The translations under genes were made by a program, and so were the position numbers. 64,000 nt of DNA, from positions 992,001 through 1,056,000 of the forward strand of contig JAYWIR010000026.1 in the NCBI GenBank assembly GCA_036172245.1, given 5' to 3'. The stretch comes from Raillietiella orientalis (Eukaryota). Shown piece by piece: positions 32,801 through 46,119 of this stretch. The notes beneath the pieces are model-generated. The model had not been told where the DNA came from and searched no databases. It saw only the letters and a list, made by a program, of their open reading frames with translations. The stretch's first letter is position 1. Every line of letters starts with the position of its first letter.

Positions 32801-33228
32801 ACCTCCCAGTGTCTGAGCGCGTTAACCGGCATGACGGCCAGCAGGTCGTCCTGTCGGACCCCGACGCGCAAAAGCTCATCCCAAAGGTTTTCTCCGACCC
32901 CTTCGGAGATTGCAACACTCTCCGGATAGCAGAGCGCAGGCTTGTAGCCATGGGCTGCATATGCCTGCAGCTTCGATTCTTCGGGCGGTGCTCCGTTGTG
33001 TGCCACCGCCTTGACGACGGCGGCGAAGCTTCTCGCCGGTGGCGAGACACAAGAATCAGAGGCGGGCCGGACATCTGGAGTAGAGTCTCCACTGCCAGTA
33101 GCAGCCTCCACATCCATCTATTACTGCAGGGGCTCCGTGGACATCCCAGTGGACGCACTCGGGCACACCACACACAAAATACGAAAAGGAATCACGCTCG
33201 AGGAGCAACACAGAACACGTCCGTGCGG
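29832..33228 (-). mobile_element. Copy A2 (lineage 1): 5' end through early RT, frameshifted; inverted near-duplicate of A1
   Basis: Long stretches read as the reverse complement of 18952-22037; 5' CCGCACGGACGTG at 33228-33216. Confidence 0.92.
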
Positions 33229-34692
33229 GTGTACTCGTGGAGCGGATTCCGGCCATCGACGAATGCGGCGCTAAAGAACTCGCTGCTGCCCCTGCTCAAC
33301 CCTTTGTTGACAAAGTCAACAAGGAAGTGAGCGAGGCGGCGGCGTCCGTCATCGAGCTCACGCTCGATGACGTCGCCTTCGAGCGCGCCGCGGAGGAACT
33401 GGCTGCCTCGTTGCAGCCAGCCGCCCCCAAGGCTTGCAAGAAGGCCGTCAGGAGTCCGGCTTCCCCTTAGGAGTCGGCCACTTCCGACCCCGAGGTGGAG
33501 GCCGGAAATACAGCATCCATCTTTTCGGCACCCCGCAAAAAGGCAGGACGAAAGTCCACAATGCCCCGGAAGATCGTCTCCCCCGACGAAGGGGAAGAGA
33601 TGGCTTCCGGCTGCGAGGGTGCGATGAGCGTGGAAAACTCCCGAGACCCGCCGCTCGAAAGAATCTCACGCTCCGGGACGGAGGAGATGGAGGGGGTGGA
33701 GGCCGAACAGGTGCCCCCGGTGCCTGAAGAGGCCTCCGTCCCCATGGACATCCCCAACACCTGCCCCGCGGCAGGTGGTGCAGCGCCACCTTCGCAGCAT
33801 TAAAGCCGGGAATCGCGTACCGTGGTCGTCTGCTTATCGCCTGCTGGAACGTCAACGGGCTAAGCAACGACGGCAAGAGGCGTGCCGCGGCCGCCACCCT
33901 AACCTCCTTCCACTTGGTGCTCCTGCAGGAGATCCACGTGATCTCCGCAGATCAAGCCCGGGAGATCGAACGGATCTCGGGTGGTCGGCTGCTGTGGCGC
34001 TGCGGTATCGCGAAATCAAGCGGTGTCGCCTTCCTGCTCCGGCCAGACATCGAGGCCGCAATCAAGGACGTACGGTTTGATGACGCCGGTCGCGGCGGTC
34101 AGCTGACTCTCAGCTGGTCCGACTCAATCGACCTGGTCGTCACCAAGTTGTACGCTCCTTGCGGTAAGGACGAGTTGAGGGCGAAGGCAAGAAGAGAATT
34201 CTACCTTGCCCTCGGACGCGATTGCCTGATCGAAGCAGGTGTTCGCAAAGCGCACCTAATCGCAGGTGACTTCAACCTGCGCCTGCTTTCAGCTGCGCTG
34301 GATACACTGAACGACCGCGTCAACGAGTTGTGCGCGCAAATGCACACGTGCAACTTGCTGGCCGGAGATACGGACATGGAACGGAGCATCGATCACGTGC
34401 ACCTTGACCAGCACCTATGCTCTCGCGTGGGCAGGCGCGGCAAGTTACCGTCCGAGCTGTCGGACCATGGCCGAATCGTGTTCGAAGTGCATCCGCGCGA
34501 CAAGGACCCCCCCTCGTCAACATGGCGTCTCTCAGGGGACCGGCTGAAGCTCCCGGACGCGGCGGAACATCTCCGCACGTTCATACGGAACTTCAGGATT
34601 CGGACGCTTCAGGACTGGGACCGCTTCAAGCGGTCGGTCCAGGAGTTTTGCGACCGGTTCCCTTTGCATCGCCTACCTGCGGGATTTGGGGT
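33229..34692 (+). mobile_element. Copy H (lineage 2): ORF1 tail + endonuclease, bounded by A2 and C2
   Basis: VLVERIP..AAEELAASLQ; WNVNG, LQEIH, GDFN, IDH, SDH; ends at RLPAGFG. Confidence 0.88.
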
Positions 34693-37600
34693 TGTCACCC
34701 GGGTACGCCCGAGGCGTTTATTGAAAAAACTCTGCATAAACGTGGTACGAGGCCCCACTAACGGCCACACAACATCGGACCTGCCTAGACGCCAGGACGC
34801 AGCCCGGCATGACGCTCCTCGGCAGTGGAGGGGGATAGGGATCAAAACAAAAAGAAAAATAAAGATATGAAAAGAAAAACAAAAAGAGTTTGGAGGGAGG
34901 GGAAGGGACAACAATCCACTGGGAGGAGGGCCCATCCTTCGCAGGATGCCCTCCAGGTCCATCTTCATGCTTCCCAGATGGGGCCATCTCGCAGCTCTCC
35001 GCATGAAGCAGACCGCATACGGGATGACATCCCTCGCGTTGGCATCCACTCCTTCGTCGCGAATGACGCTCCAGGCCGCCACGATGCCCCGGATGCAGCA
35101 GAGGGCTGCGAGGGCTGCGGCGGGATGCAAGGCGTCCCGCACGAAGAGGGGCCGAAGAACGTCTCTAGGCGCGCTGCCCATTGGGAGCCCGAGGGTCGTC
35201 CCGAACCGTTCCCACAGGAGCAGCACAGTCAAAAAGTAGGTGGGGGAGCGATTACCGCTCCCCACACCTGGCACACTCAGGCCTTACACTTCCCCGCGTC
35301 CAGTGGAAGCGGCGCGCGTTGCAGGGTAGACCCCAGTGCAACAGCAGCAGCGCCGACTCTTGCCACTTCAGGGGGAGAAGCCTGAATCCGATTAATATTG
35401 GGGGCCACTTCAGGTCATCCGTCGGGATGCCGAGCAGCTCGCCGTATCTACGAAGACCACGCGGGAGGTCACTCGGGGTCGTGGCATCTGCCAGTTCTCC
35501 CATGGTCCAACCGCTCATCTTCTTCTCCTTGCCTGCGATTCGGCAGGAGACTTGCCACTTCGGCTTGCGGCCGCTGCTTAAAGCCCTTCGTAGGAAGGGC
35601 AGGGTCGAAGCTAGAGGGGTAGTCTCCGCCCACGTGCTCCTGGCGGGACACTCCAGAGTAGTCCGCAGTGTGCAGCAGGCGTTGGGGCCGAATCGCAGGC
35701 GGTTCCAGTCCGGGGAAGTCTGGAGGTTCAGCTTGGCACACGTCGCAAAAGATTCCTCGAGCCAGGCGGAGGAGTTGGCGGGCTGCATACCGTCCAGCCG
35801 TTGTCTCTCACCAGGGCTTCCATGCGCCCAAGGAGAAGGCCGCATCTTCTGACCTTCCTGCCAGAGCACAGAAGGTACGACGCGAGTCCTTGCGTCCTGG
35901 ACACACGGCTGGCAAGGATGCGGGCCGGAACGCACCAAGGGGTGCTCCATGACTTTGCTGCGATGGCGAGAGTGCGCCATCGCAGCTGTATGTCCAGGCG
36001 CTCCAGCGTCAGGAGGCCGAGACCGCCGTCCCGACGAGGAGCGCATAAGTCATCTAGAGGCACACGTGGCCTCCCGCTGCCCCAGAGGGCGATGCGGAGT
36101 AGGTCCTTGGTTCTCTTTTTAATTTCACGGGGGACGGGGCAAACAAAAAGCAAGGGGCGGAGGATGGGAGCCGCAAACGCGTTCCACACCGCGGCCCGTT
36201 CCGGCAGAAGGAACTTGCCTTCCAGGAACGGGCCGATTGCCAACTCTACCTTTTGGAGACGACCTGACCAGGCTTCTGCGAGGCAGAAGTCCCCCAACGG
36301 GACACTCAGGTACTTCAAGTACCTGGTCGCGGGAATCCCCAAGCGGATCCAGTCAGGCCGTCCGACCCACGTTGCACCCACCGGTACGACCGACGACTTC
36401 GCCTTGTTTACCCGAAGTCCAGTCCCACGACTTAGCAGGTCGAAGAAATCCTCGACTGCGGCTGCCGGGGCGGACATGGGCAACAAGAGCAGAAGGTCGT
36501 CGGCGTATGCTGCTACGGCGGGCGTGCCGGGGCAAGAGCTGGGCAGGGCAGCCAAAGTCACCCTGTACGCTCTCAGCACCAACTCAAAGTAGGCTGTTGC
36601 CCTGCCATATGCACCGCCGCACCGGCACGCCGTACACCTGTTGGCTGGAAAAGCAGATGTTAACAATGGCGTTGCGCCAGCAGGAGCGCAGGAAGGAGAG
36701 AAGGGAGGGTGGGGAGCCCATGCGACCCAGGAGCTCCAACAGTAGCTCCTGGTCAACGCAGTCGAACGCTTTATGGAGATCGACCGCGATCGCTAGGGCC
36801 CCTTCCCAGCCCGGGTGTCCATTCCCAGCCCAGCTGACGGCCCCAAAGTGGGGTTGATAATCTTTCCGCCAGTGTCATTTAGGCAGCGCTGCACATGGAA
36901 CCATGTGCTCGCGAAGAACAGGTTGGCATCCATACTTCGCCCGGGAACAGCATATGTCTGCTCCGGGCTAATAATGGATTCTGCCACCTGCCCCAGACGC
37001 GAAGCCCATAGCCCGGCAACCAACTTGGCGTCCGTATTCACAATCGTGATCGGACGCCAGTTGTTCAAATTCCTAAGGTCTCCCCCTTTCGGAAGGAGCC
37101 TCACTCTGGCTGACCGAAACGAGGCGGGAACTTCGCCTTCGTCTCGGATCAGCCTTGTCAGCTGAAGCAGCAGGGGTTCCAGCTCTTCCGCGAAGCTCTG
37201 ATAGAACTCCGCGGGCAAGCCGTCTTCCCCTGGAGCTTTCCGCCTCTTGAGCCTTTTGATACCGGCGAGAATTTCGCCGGTGGTAAAAGGCTCATCGAGG
37301 CTTAACGACTCCTCCTTTCCTATTGCCGGGGCACCATCCGGAAGCAAGAGCCGAGAGGCATCTTGATCCGGGGGTGCCTTGGCGTAAAGGGAGGAATAGA
37401 AACTCCGCACGAGATGCCGTACCGACGCCGGGGACGAACATTCCCGGCCCTGGTCGTCCAGCAAGCTGGCCGACCCGGATTGCCAGGCTTGGCGTTCGGC
37501 CCCGGCGCGGTACTCGGCCAGGCGACGGACATTAGGGGTTCGCTCGTACCTACGGGCCTGTAAATAGGCCCGATGGTTGCGAGGACCCTCGCCGAATCCG

Positions 37601-40316
37601 GAGGGCAGGCGGTCCAGGGGGAACTGCTCGCAGAATTCCCGGACCGATTCCTTAAAATGGTCCCAGTCTTGGAGATTCCGGAGCGTGACGCTTCTCAGGT
37701 ATTCGCGAAGGTGTTCCTTCGCACCTGAGAGTCGCGTCCAGTCCCCCGGCAGACGCCAGTCTCTGGATGGCGGTCCTTTGTCGCGAGGCCGCATCTCGAC
37801 AATTAACCGGGAATGGTCCGACAACGTTGACGCAACCCTCCCCCGTTTGCCGACCCGTGAACACAGGTCAGCGTCGAGGAAGACGTGGTCGATGCTGCGG
37901 ACCATTCCCCTCTCACCCGCGAACAAGTTGCGCGCACGCATGGCGGCGCACAACTCGGTCATCGCGTTCACCTGTGTTTCCGGCTCACCTGTTAGCAGGC
38001 GGAGATTGAAATCTCCCGCTATCAGGTGAGCCTTCCGCACGCTCGTGTTCGCCAGCCAGTCGCGCTTCAAGGATTCAAGCAGCCTGGTACGGTTGCTGTA
38101 TCCCTTTTGACCGGGTGGGGCGTACACATTCGTGACGATCAGATCGATCCAGTCCGACCAGCCGAGAGTCAGCTGACCGACCCGACCGTCGTCATCGAAG
38201 CGCACGCCCTTCACGGCAGCGTCGATGGCCGGCTTCACGAAGAACGCGACCCCGGAGGTGTTGCGGATGCCGCATTGCCAGTACAGCCGACCCCCCGCGA
38301 TCGTCACGATCTCCTGGACGTCTGCCGCGGTGATCACGTGGATCTCCTGCAATAGGGCCAGGTCGAACTCCCGCAGGGTGTCGGCTGTATCTCGCCTGTT
38401 ACCGTCGTCGCGCAGCCCGTTGACATTCCAACAGGCCGCGCGAATCCGACGGCGACTGGCGAGCCCAGGTGTTACTCCTGGGAAGATGGCAGTGTGGCGT
38501 CCGCCACCTGCTGGGGCGGGACGCTAGGTGGAGCAGGGGGGTCAGGTGCTGAAGGCACCTGGTCCCCCTCCTCCATCGGTGCCGGCGCGTCGGCCGGATC
38601 ACCCGCAGGTGGAGTCGCGCCTACCTGTTCGCCCTCCACCATGGGGGCGGGCTGTTCAGGGTCGGCGCCTGCAGGGGGGACTTCACCCCCCTGTTCACCC
38701 TCCTCCATGGGGGTGGCCGCATCGACGGCTTCCGAGCGTGGGAATTACTCCTCCGAATTTCCCACGCTGGCGACGGCTTCCGTCTTCTCCTCCTCGCTGG
38801 TGGAGGGGAGGCGCCTCCTGGGCTTCTGGGACTTGCGTCCCGACTTCCTGGGGGGTGCCTCCGAGGAGGAGGATGTGCTTCCGGCCCCCAGGTCTAACTC
38901 ACCTTTTGGGGCCTTCCTCGCCGGAGCCGGCCTTCGCACGGCCTTGCGCGAGGGGTTCTCACGCTCGGCCAGCGTGACCGCGAGCTCCTCCGCCGCCTGC
39001 GCGAACGCGGCGTCCGCGGCTTCGACCGCCGCTATGTCGCGCGGCTCACCCTCTCTGTAAACAGAGGGTTCGCCATCGCGAGCCTCGGGCGCAGCGGAAA
39101 CGGCAAGAGGAGGATCGACGCTCCGGGTGGCAATCTCGGGAACGACGATTCGTTCGAGTGCCACCGTGCACTCGCGCAGAGTTTTCGAGCGCGGACCGGG
39201 TTTTTTTGGCTTTCCGGCCGTCTTGCGCTCTTTGCTCTCCGCGGGTGGGAGTTTCCTTGGTTTTCTGGCCTCTACAAGCTGCCATCCCTCTTCGCCTTCC
39301 ACCGTTTCAGAAGGTTTATCCTCCGGCTTACGCGCCGGAGGTTCAGGTGTTGGCAGCTTGTGCTGGCCCTTTTCCACTTTAGGTCTAGAGATTTTTTTAG
39401 CGCGTTTCCCCTGCGCTTTTTTCGCGGCAGGGGGAACCGGGATGGGACGTTTTGGGCACACGCGCCGAACGTGGCCCCGCTCCCCGCACAAATGGCATTG
39501 TATATTGGGACACCTTTTACGTAGGTGTCCCACGGTATCACAATGCCCGCAAGACCGGGGCTTCCCTACATACCACAGGTCGACGTTTTCTTGCGCCACC
39601 TGTAGTTTGTGGGGAAGCCCACAATTCTCCCGTACGGTCACCCGCGCTGCAGCCTGCCCACCAAAAAGGCTATCGAAGCCGTCGAAAATGGAGGGTTTCG
39701 GCCACAGTGCGTGCACCTCACCGTACTTTCTTAATTCCTCACCCACCGCTGACCGCGTCATGCGGCTGGTGATGCCAGTCATGTGGACCACCACGGAGCG
39801 GTCCATTGATACTGGCAGGATCTTTCGGCCGTCTACGTTCAGCGGCGCATGGATTAGGCGGTGAGCCAAGGTGACATCTTTGCAGACCACCTCGACCCGC
39901 TGCCCGCCGCTGAGGACGGAGAGGCCGTCCAGATCCTTCTCAGTAACGTTCGTGTCCTTCAACGCTTTGCTGAAGGCGCGCGCTGTCCGGCCGTCGAACA
40001 AGTTGCCTACCTGGTAGACAAGCGATGGCTTGTACCCGGAGGCCTTGTATGCGGCCATCTCCGCCATGGCTTCTGCGCTGGGCGCGGCCACCATGGCGCT
40101 CCATGTCCTCGGCGTGGCCGGGGATGATTCCGGGGCGGCTGCCCCTGCTCCAGTAGGCTGTGGGGGCGAACTAGCCTCCCCCACTCCCACCTCCATCGCG
40201 GTGTCCTCTAGCGTCGTGGCCATTGGACACCGACGATGTACACAAAACACCACACAGAAGAAAAAGCGCTTTCCTACTACTCTTTGGGGAGTGAAGGAAA
40301 AACACGTCCTCCAACT
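34693..40316 (-). mobile_element. Copy C2 (lineage 2): both termini present (~5.6 kb), frameshifted
   Basis: GGACGTG 40309-40303; ORF1 from ATG 40223; APE-RT frame 38352-36793; YADD ~36500; hairpin 34696-34722. Confidence 0.92.
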
Positions 40317-41752
40317 GGCCGCGGAGGGTTCTGGCTGCAACGATGCAGCCAGCTCCTCCGCCGCACTCTCGAAGGCGGCGTCATCGATCACGGTCTCGAT
40401 GACGGATGCTTCCGCCGGTTCGCTCCCCACGCTGTTGACATTTTCAACAGTGGGTTGCTCGTCGGTAGCAGCGATTTCTACCTTGCGGCGTTCTGCGAGG
40501 ACGGATTCCACGACGACGCTGCATTCTTTTAAATTCTCGCTAATTTGCTGTTTTTTATTTTGATAGGCGAGCTTTTTTTCAATTCGTCGTTTTTGCTTCG
40601 ACTTTTTCTTTTTCGCTGTGGCTTCTTGCCATTCCGACACCTTTCCGCTTTTGTCGATCTTTTCGGCATTCGTAGTCGGGGTGTCGGCTGCGGCCTGGAC
40701 CAAGGGTGTGGGTGGCACAGCTTGAGCGGCAGCCTTCGCCGCCAGCCTTTTCTGTAGCAGCTTCGCGCGTTTTTTTAGGTTCCTCGCGGAAACCACGCGC
40801 ACAGCGGATTGTGGGCACACTTCCTTCGTGTTTTCCATTGTCCCGCATACCTGGCACTGTATGTTGGGGGACTTCCTTTTGAGGTGTCCCGACGTGTTGC
40901 AGAAGCTACAGTATTTGGGCTTCCCTACGTTCCAGAGTTCGACGCTTTCTCCGCCGACCACCAGTTTGTGGGGAAGGGTAGAGCCCTACCGATCGGTTAC
41001 ACGGGCAGCCGTGAGGCCGCACTGAACTGTGGTATAGTCCTCGAAAGGAGTAGGCTTGGTCCATACTGCATGGACCGTGCCTTCTTTTCCCAACGCGGCG
41101 CGTAACTGTTCTTTCCGCATTCGCGCGGTAACTCCTAAAAGGTGGACCACCATACTGTGGTCCGCCGTAATGGGAAGGAGCCTGCGTGTCCCTATCACCA
41201 CGGGGGTACTGAGCAGACGTTGGGCCAGATCTGCATGTTTGCAGATCACCTCTACGCACTGCCCCCCGCTACGAATGGTCATAGCGTAGAGCTCCTCCTC
41301 TTTAACATCGAGAGCGCGCATCCCCGTCGAAAAGGCGCACGCACTCTCAGAAGAATACAAATTTCCTACCTTGTAGAATAGTGATGGGTTATACCCCTCT
41401 TCTACATAAGCAGATAATTCCGCCGCGGCTGCAGGCGTTAGCGCCGACACGACGGCGCTCCACGCCCGCGCTGCAGCGGGGACCGGTTGTGTGGGGGCAG
41501 ACGCCCCCACCTCCATCGCCACTGACGGCGACGTTGCCGCCGCTTCCTGGCACTCCAACTTTCCTAGAGGCGACGTTGCCGCTGCCACCTGGCACTCTAT
41601 TTCTTCAGGAGGCGACGTTGCGACCGCCCCCTGACGCACTGGTGGTCGTGTCAGGCATGGCTGCCTGATCGATCACCACCACACACCAAGCCTACACCTA
41701 CGGACGGTTCCCGGCACAAGGAGCACCGAGGAAACATGACCGCTCTAACCAA
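40317..41752 (-). mobile_element. Copy E1 (lineage 2): 5' end and ORF1 only
   Basis: 5' UTR and ORF1 (EEGYNPSLFYKVGNLY) closely match 63990-62600. Confidence 0.88.
41505..41630 (-). repeat. 42-nt tandem coding repeat in family E ORF1 (AAATSPxxxxECQ), three units here and two at 63800-63870
   Basis: GGCGACGTTGC recurs at 42-nt spacing (41527, 41569, 41611). Confidence 0.7.
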
Positions 41753-41768
41753 CGTAAAGCTTTCGATT

Positions 41769-43943
41769 GCCTGGATAGGATAGAGGGTGGGAGGGACTCG
41801 GCGGGAGCCTTTGCAGTCGCGGTCGACTTGCACAAAGCATTCGACTGCGTCGATGAGGAACACCTTTTGGAGCTCCTGGAACGCATGGGTTTCCCGGCCT
41901 TGCTCCAGTCCTACCTGCGCTCCTGCTGGCGCAACGCGTCAATAAATATTGGTTCCAGCGGCCGGCACGTGTGCGGCGTGCCAGTGCGCCGCGGTATCCG
42001 GCAGGGTGACAGCCTGAGCCTTTTGCTCTTCAGCATCTACTTCGAGTTGGTGCTGAGGGCATACAGGGTAACTCTGGCAACCCTGCCGAGGTCGTGTGCC
42101 GAAACGCCTGCCGTGTCGGCCTATGCAGACGATCTTCTGCTGCTGCTTTCCGCGTCCTCCCCGGCGAGTGCGCTCGAGGACTTCAAGTTGCTGCGCCGCT
42201 GGACGGGCCTGGAGGTGAACAGGGCGAAGTCGTCCATGCTCTTTGTCGGTTAGGCGTGGGCTGGACGGTCGGACTGGATCCGCTTGGGGATCCCCACGGG
42301 CAGGTGCTTCAAGTACCTCGGCGTACTGTTGGTGGACTTCTGCGCAGCAGAAGTTATGTCCGACCGTCTCCAAAAGGCAGCGTTGGCGATCGGTCCTTTC
42401 CAAGAAGGCAAGTTCTACTTGCAGGAACGGGCCGCAATGTGGAACACGTTTGCGGCCCTCCTCCTTCGCCCTCTACTTCTTGTTTGCCCCACCCCTTATT
42501 TTATTCGGAAACGAGCAGCGGGCCTCCTGAGGACAATCCTTTGGGGCAAAGGGAGTTCCCGTGTGAGGCTCAAAGACTTGTGCGCTCCACGTAAGGACGG
42601 AGGACTTGGCGTACTTACGCTGGAGCGCATGGAACTCCAACTCCGATTTAAGACTCTCGCCCTCGCGGCCGAATTGTGGGACACGCCTTGGTGCGTTCCA
42701 GCACGCCTCCTGGCCCAACGAGCGTGAGTATCCGGCGGACTTTTGTCGTTTCTGTCTGCGCGCGTCTGCAGAAGAGCACACTGTGGCTCTATGCTGCGAC
42801 GCATCTTCGTTGCGGTTCGGAAGAATGCCTGGATCTGCTGCCTCCCAGGGAACTACTCTGCCTGGTTGCACGAGTCAGTCTTCACCTGGGATAAGATCCA
42901 CGTTCCGGCGAGCACAAAGAACACTTGCCTGGAAAGGCACTCCCGCTGGACGCTGCAGGAGATCGTGCAGTCCCACGACAAGCTTCTGTGGACCTTGATA
43001 ACCCCCCTCGCCCCAGTGCTGCCCTACCTTGTGAATGCCAGGGACAGTAGCGAGCAGGGGAAATGGACCGTGTCCTACACTATGGGCGGCAGGACACAAT
43101 CGATAAAGGCGAGGACATCTCGGCAGCTAGCTGACGCTGCGACGTCGAGTGTCCCGCCCAACGGAATTCGACGCTGGGGCGGGCGACTCGGACTAGCTCC
43201 GGAGGAGATGAAGTGGCCCCCAGCGTCCTGGAACAGTGCATCCCTCCCCCAGAAATGGCAGGATGTGGCGTTGCTTGTGGTACTCTGGGGATAACCATTT
43301 AATGCACGCCTGCACCACACTACCTGGGGGGCTGTGGATTTTAATTGTGACCGGTGTGGGGAAAAAGAAACATTCCCCCACCTTCTCCTTTAGTGCAGAG
43401 CCGTGCGCCCTTTGTGGGATCGTCTCGCGGCGATCCTGGACGTGCGCGGATGCGGCCCAAAGGACGTTTTAAGGCGCCTCTTTTGTAGTGACGCCTTGTC
43501 TTCGCCCGCTAGTGTAGCAGTCCTCTGCTGCATCAGAGGAATAGTGGCGGCTTGGAACGCCACCAGAAGAAGGCGTCAGCCAACCGGCAACGCCTTACAC
43601 TGGACTCGCCTTTTCGCGCGCAGTGTCTGCAAGTGGCGCCACTTAGGCGCAGAGAGGACTCAGCTTGTGCGGATCCTAAATAGGATCTAGAGGACCTTTC
43701 CACGCGCACTGTGATCCCTTCCACGCCCTCCCACCCCTACAACATTTGTTCCCATCCACATTTGAACTTTTTGTTTCTTTTTGTTTTTCTTTATTTCCCA
43801 TCCCCACGCATCGGAAGTACCTCTCCGGCATGCAGCCGGTAACCAGCAAGCTGTTTTGGAGTGGTGAACTTTCGAGTTCGCCACGCGACATTTCATGTAT
43901 TTTTATTTCAAAGAAGTAAATGTCCTGGCACATCCGGGTGTGA
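41769..43943 (+). mobile_element. Copy I (lineage 2): RT C-half, CCHC and 3' end, degraded
   Basis: DLHKAFD, QGDSLS, YADD, KYLG, GGLG; AGTAAA plus hairpin 43915-43940. Confidence 0.9.
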
Positions 43944-46119
43944 ATCGCAACGGCGCGCGTCATCATGGACGACCGGAAGCTTATGCCTTCGCAGATCCTC
44001 CTCTGTGACGTCGTCGTCTATCTCCGGTTGGCCGGGCAAACCCCCGCTTGCGGCAACTGCGCGGAGGAGGGCCACCGTCCGCGGAAGCCCCCAACACGCA
44101 GTTGCCGATACTGTAAGCTGCTCGGCCACTCGATTAACGAATGCGCCGAGCTAAAACGTAAGAGGAGGGCGAAAAACCTCCGCGCAACATCGCTGTCCGC
44201 GCCAACTCCATCCTCCCCATCGTCGAGGAAGAAATCCGGCGCGAACGAGGATTCGCAGCGGAGAAGTAAAAAGTCCGCTTGCGCCTGCGATTCTCGGAAC
44301 AATGCTCCACAAAAACCCGCGCGAAAGCACAAGAAGCTTCTCCAGGCTGCTTCAGTGAAGCCCCGAGCGACCCAGCCCGCCGATAACATCGGGCAGGCTG
44401 CAAAACCACCGCCGCTTCCGTCCGCTCTCGCTCCGGAGCGAAATAGCGGTGGCACGCCCGGGAAGACCACCGGAACGTCGAAAAAGGGGTCGCGCGCCAC
44501 TTTGCCCGCGACAGGCAAGCCGGCCACGGCGGGCCGAACGCCAGCAAAGGCTTAAAAGCCTCGCGCGACCACCGAGATTCCCGCTACTCTGCCCGCACCT
44601 TCCGGTAAGGAGATGCAAAAGGAAGACGTGGCGAAGGAGATACTGGCCTCCATCGCCGTATCCGAGGCCTTGGTAAGGATGCGAAGGACCCTGGAAGCCC
44701 TCGCGCCCAACCTAGGCAAACCAGAAGGCGGCGAAGATGGCTGGACCTTTGTTGGGAGAAGGGAGAGATAAAGCAAACCGCGCGATCCTTCCCACTTTCC
44801 AATGAAAAAGGTAAGCGGGGTAAAGAGGCAGCTTCGCGACAAGGAAGGCGCAAGATGAAGCCTCTTCTGGCGTTGCGCGCGCCGCCGCAAACACCCGCGG
44901 CGAGGAGGGAGCTGCCGAAGCCGTGACCCCGAAAGGGGGATCAGCGACGAAGGCACCCTCTAAGAGTGCTGGACCAGCTCCGGGCTGCCAGCAAAATAAG
45001 AAGCAGGCGAAACACCTGCCGCCCGCGCGCAATTCGGACTCCGAGGTGGAGTCCTAGGGCAGCGCTAAGGATCGCCAAGCCCCGGTCAAGGCCAGGGCTA
45101 CGCGCAAACCAAAACTAGCCAGGCAGGTGCCTGATGCCGGGAACGGTTCCCGATGCTCCTCGGAGCCCGAGGCATTGGTCCTCGACTCCACAAAGCCAGC
45201 CACGAGCGGCGCGTCGTGGACAGGAAGCGCTTGCGCTACCTCATCCGCCGTGCTCCCGGCTGATGCCTCTCTGGACAGGGCGAGGAACGCACTTCGATGT
45301 CCGTAGCAGCAATGCGCGGTCTCGCTTCTTCCCGTCGCGTCCTAGTGGCCTGTTGGAACGTCAGGGGGGTTCCGGACAACGTGAAGAGGCGATTGGTTGC
45401 CAACGTCTTGCGCGACTTCGATCTGGCTCTGCTGCAGGAGATTAACGCACTCTCCGAGCAGCAAGCGGCCGATCTGCAAGTTCGCGCAGGCGGGACGCTC
45501 CATTGGAGGTCAGGCTCCCAGAATACCTGCGGAGTCGCATTCCTTGTCCGGGGCAGGGTGGCAGGAGCGGTGCGGAGCGTTTGTTTCGACGAGGAAGTTC
45601 GTGTGGGCCAACTTGTCCTCAAGTGGTCCGAATCGATCAACCTTGTCGTCACGAACGTGTATGCGCCAGGCGGCTCCGCGCGTCCCGCCGAGAAACTGGA
45701 GTTTTTCGAGAGACTGCGCAACCGCTGGCTCAGCAACTCCGGCCCCGACGTGGCTCACCTCGTAGCCGGGGACTTCAACGTCCACGCGCTAGAGGAGGAG
45801 TCTCACCGTCTCCGGGAGAAACGGCTGGTGAACGAGGTGTGCGCGTCGGTGCACGCCTCGAATTTGCTGGCCGACGATCTTGGGATGCGTGCTTTGCCGG
45901 ACCATGTGTTCCTCGACAATCACTTGCATTGTCGGGTGTGTAGAAGAGGTTCCGTGCCGTCCGAGCTTTCCGACCAATACAGGCTGGAGTTCGAGCCACT
46001 CCCGCCTGGCAAGGGCCCTCCGACGCACGTCTGGAGGTTGCCGGCCGACTGGCTGAGAAATCCGGTAGCTGCGGAGCACCTCCGCCAGCATCTCCAAACC
46101 TTGGCCGTTGGAGAGCTCG

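Noticed and set aside
38745..40961. 738-aa ORF as a novel double-ORF1 gene
   Set aside because: It is an in-frame read-through from broken E1 ORF1 across the C2 5' UTR into C2 ORF1; both parts are frameshifted or stopped nearby, so it is most likely chance.
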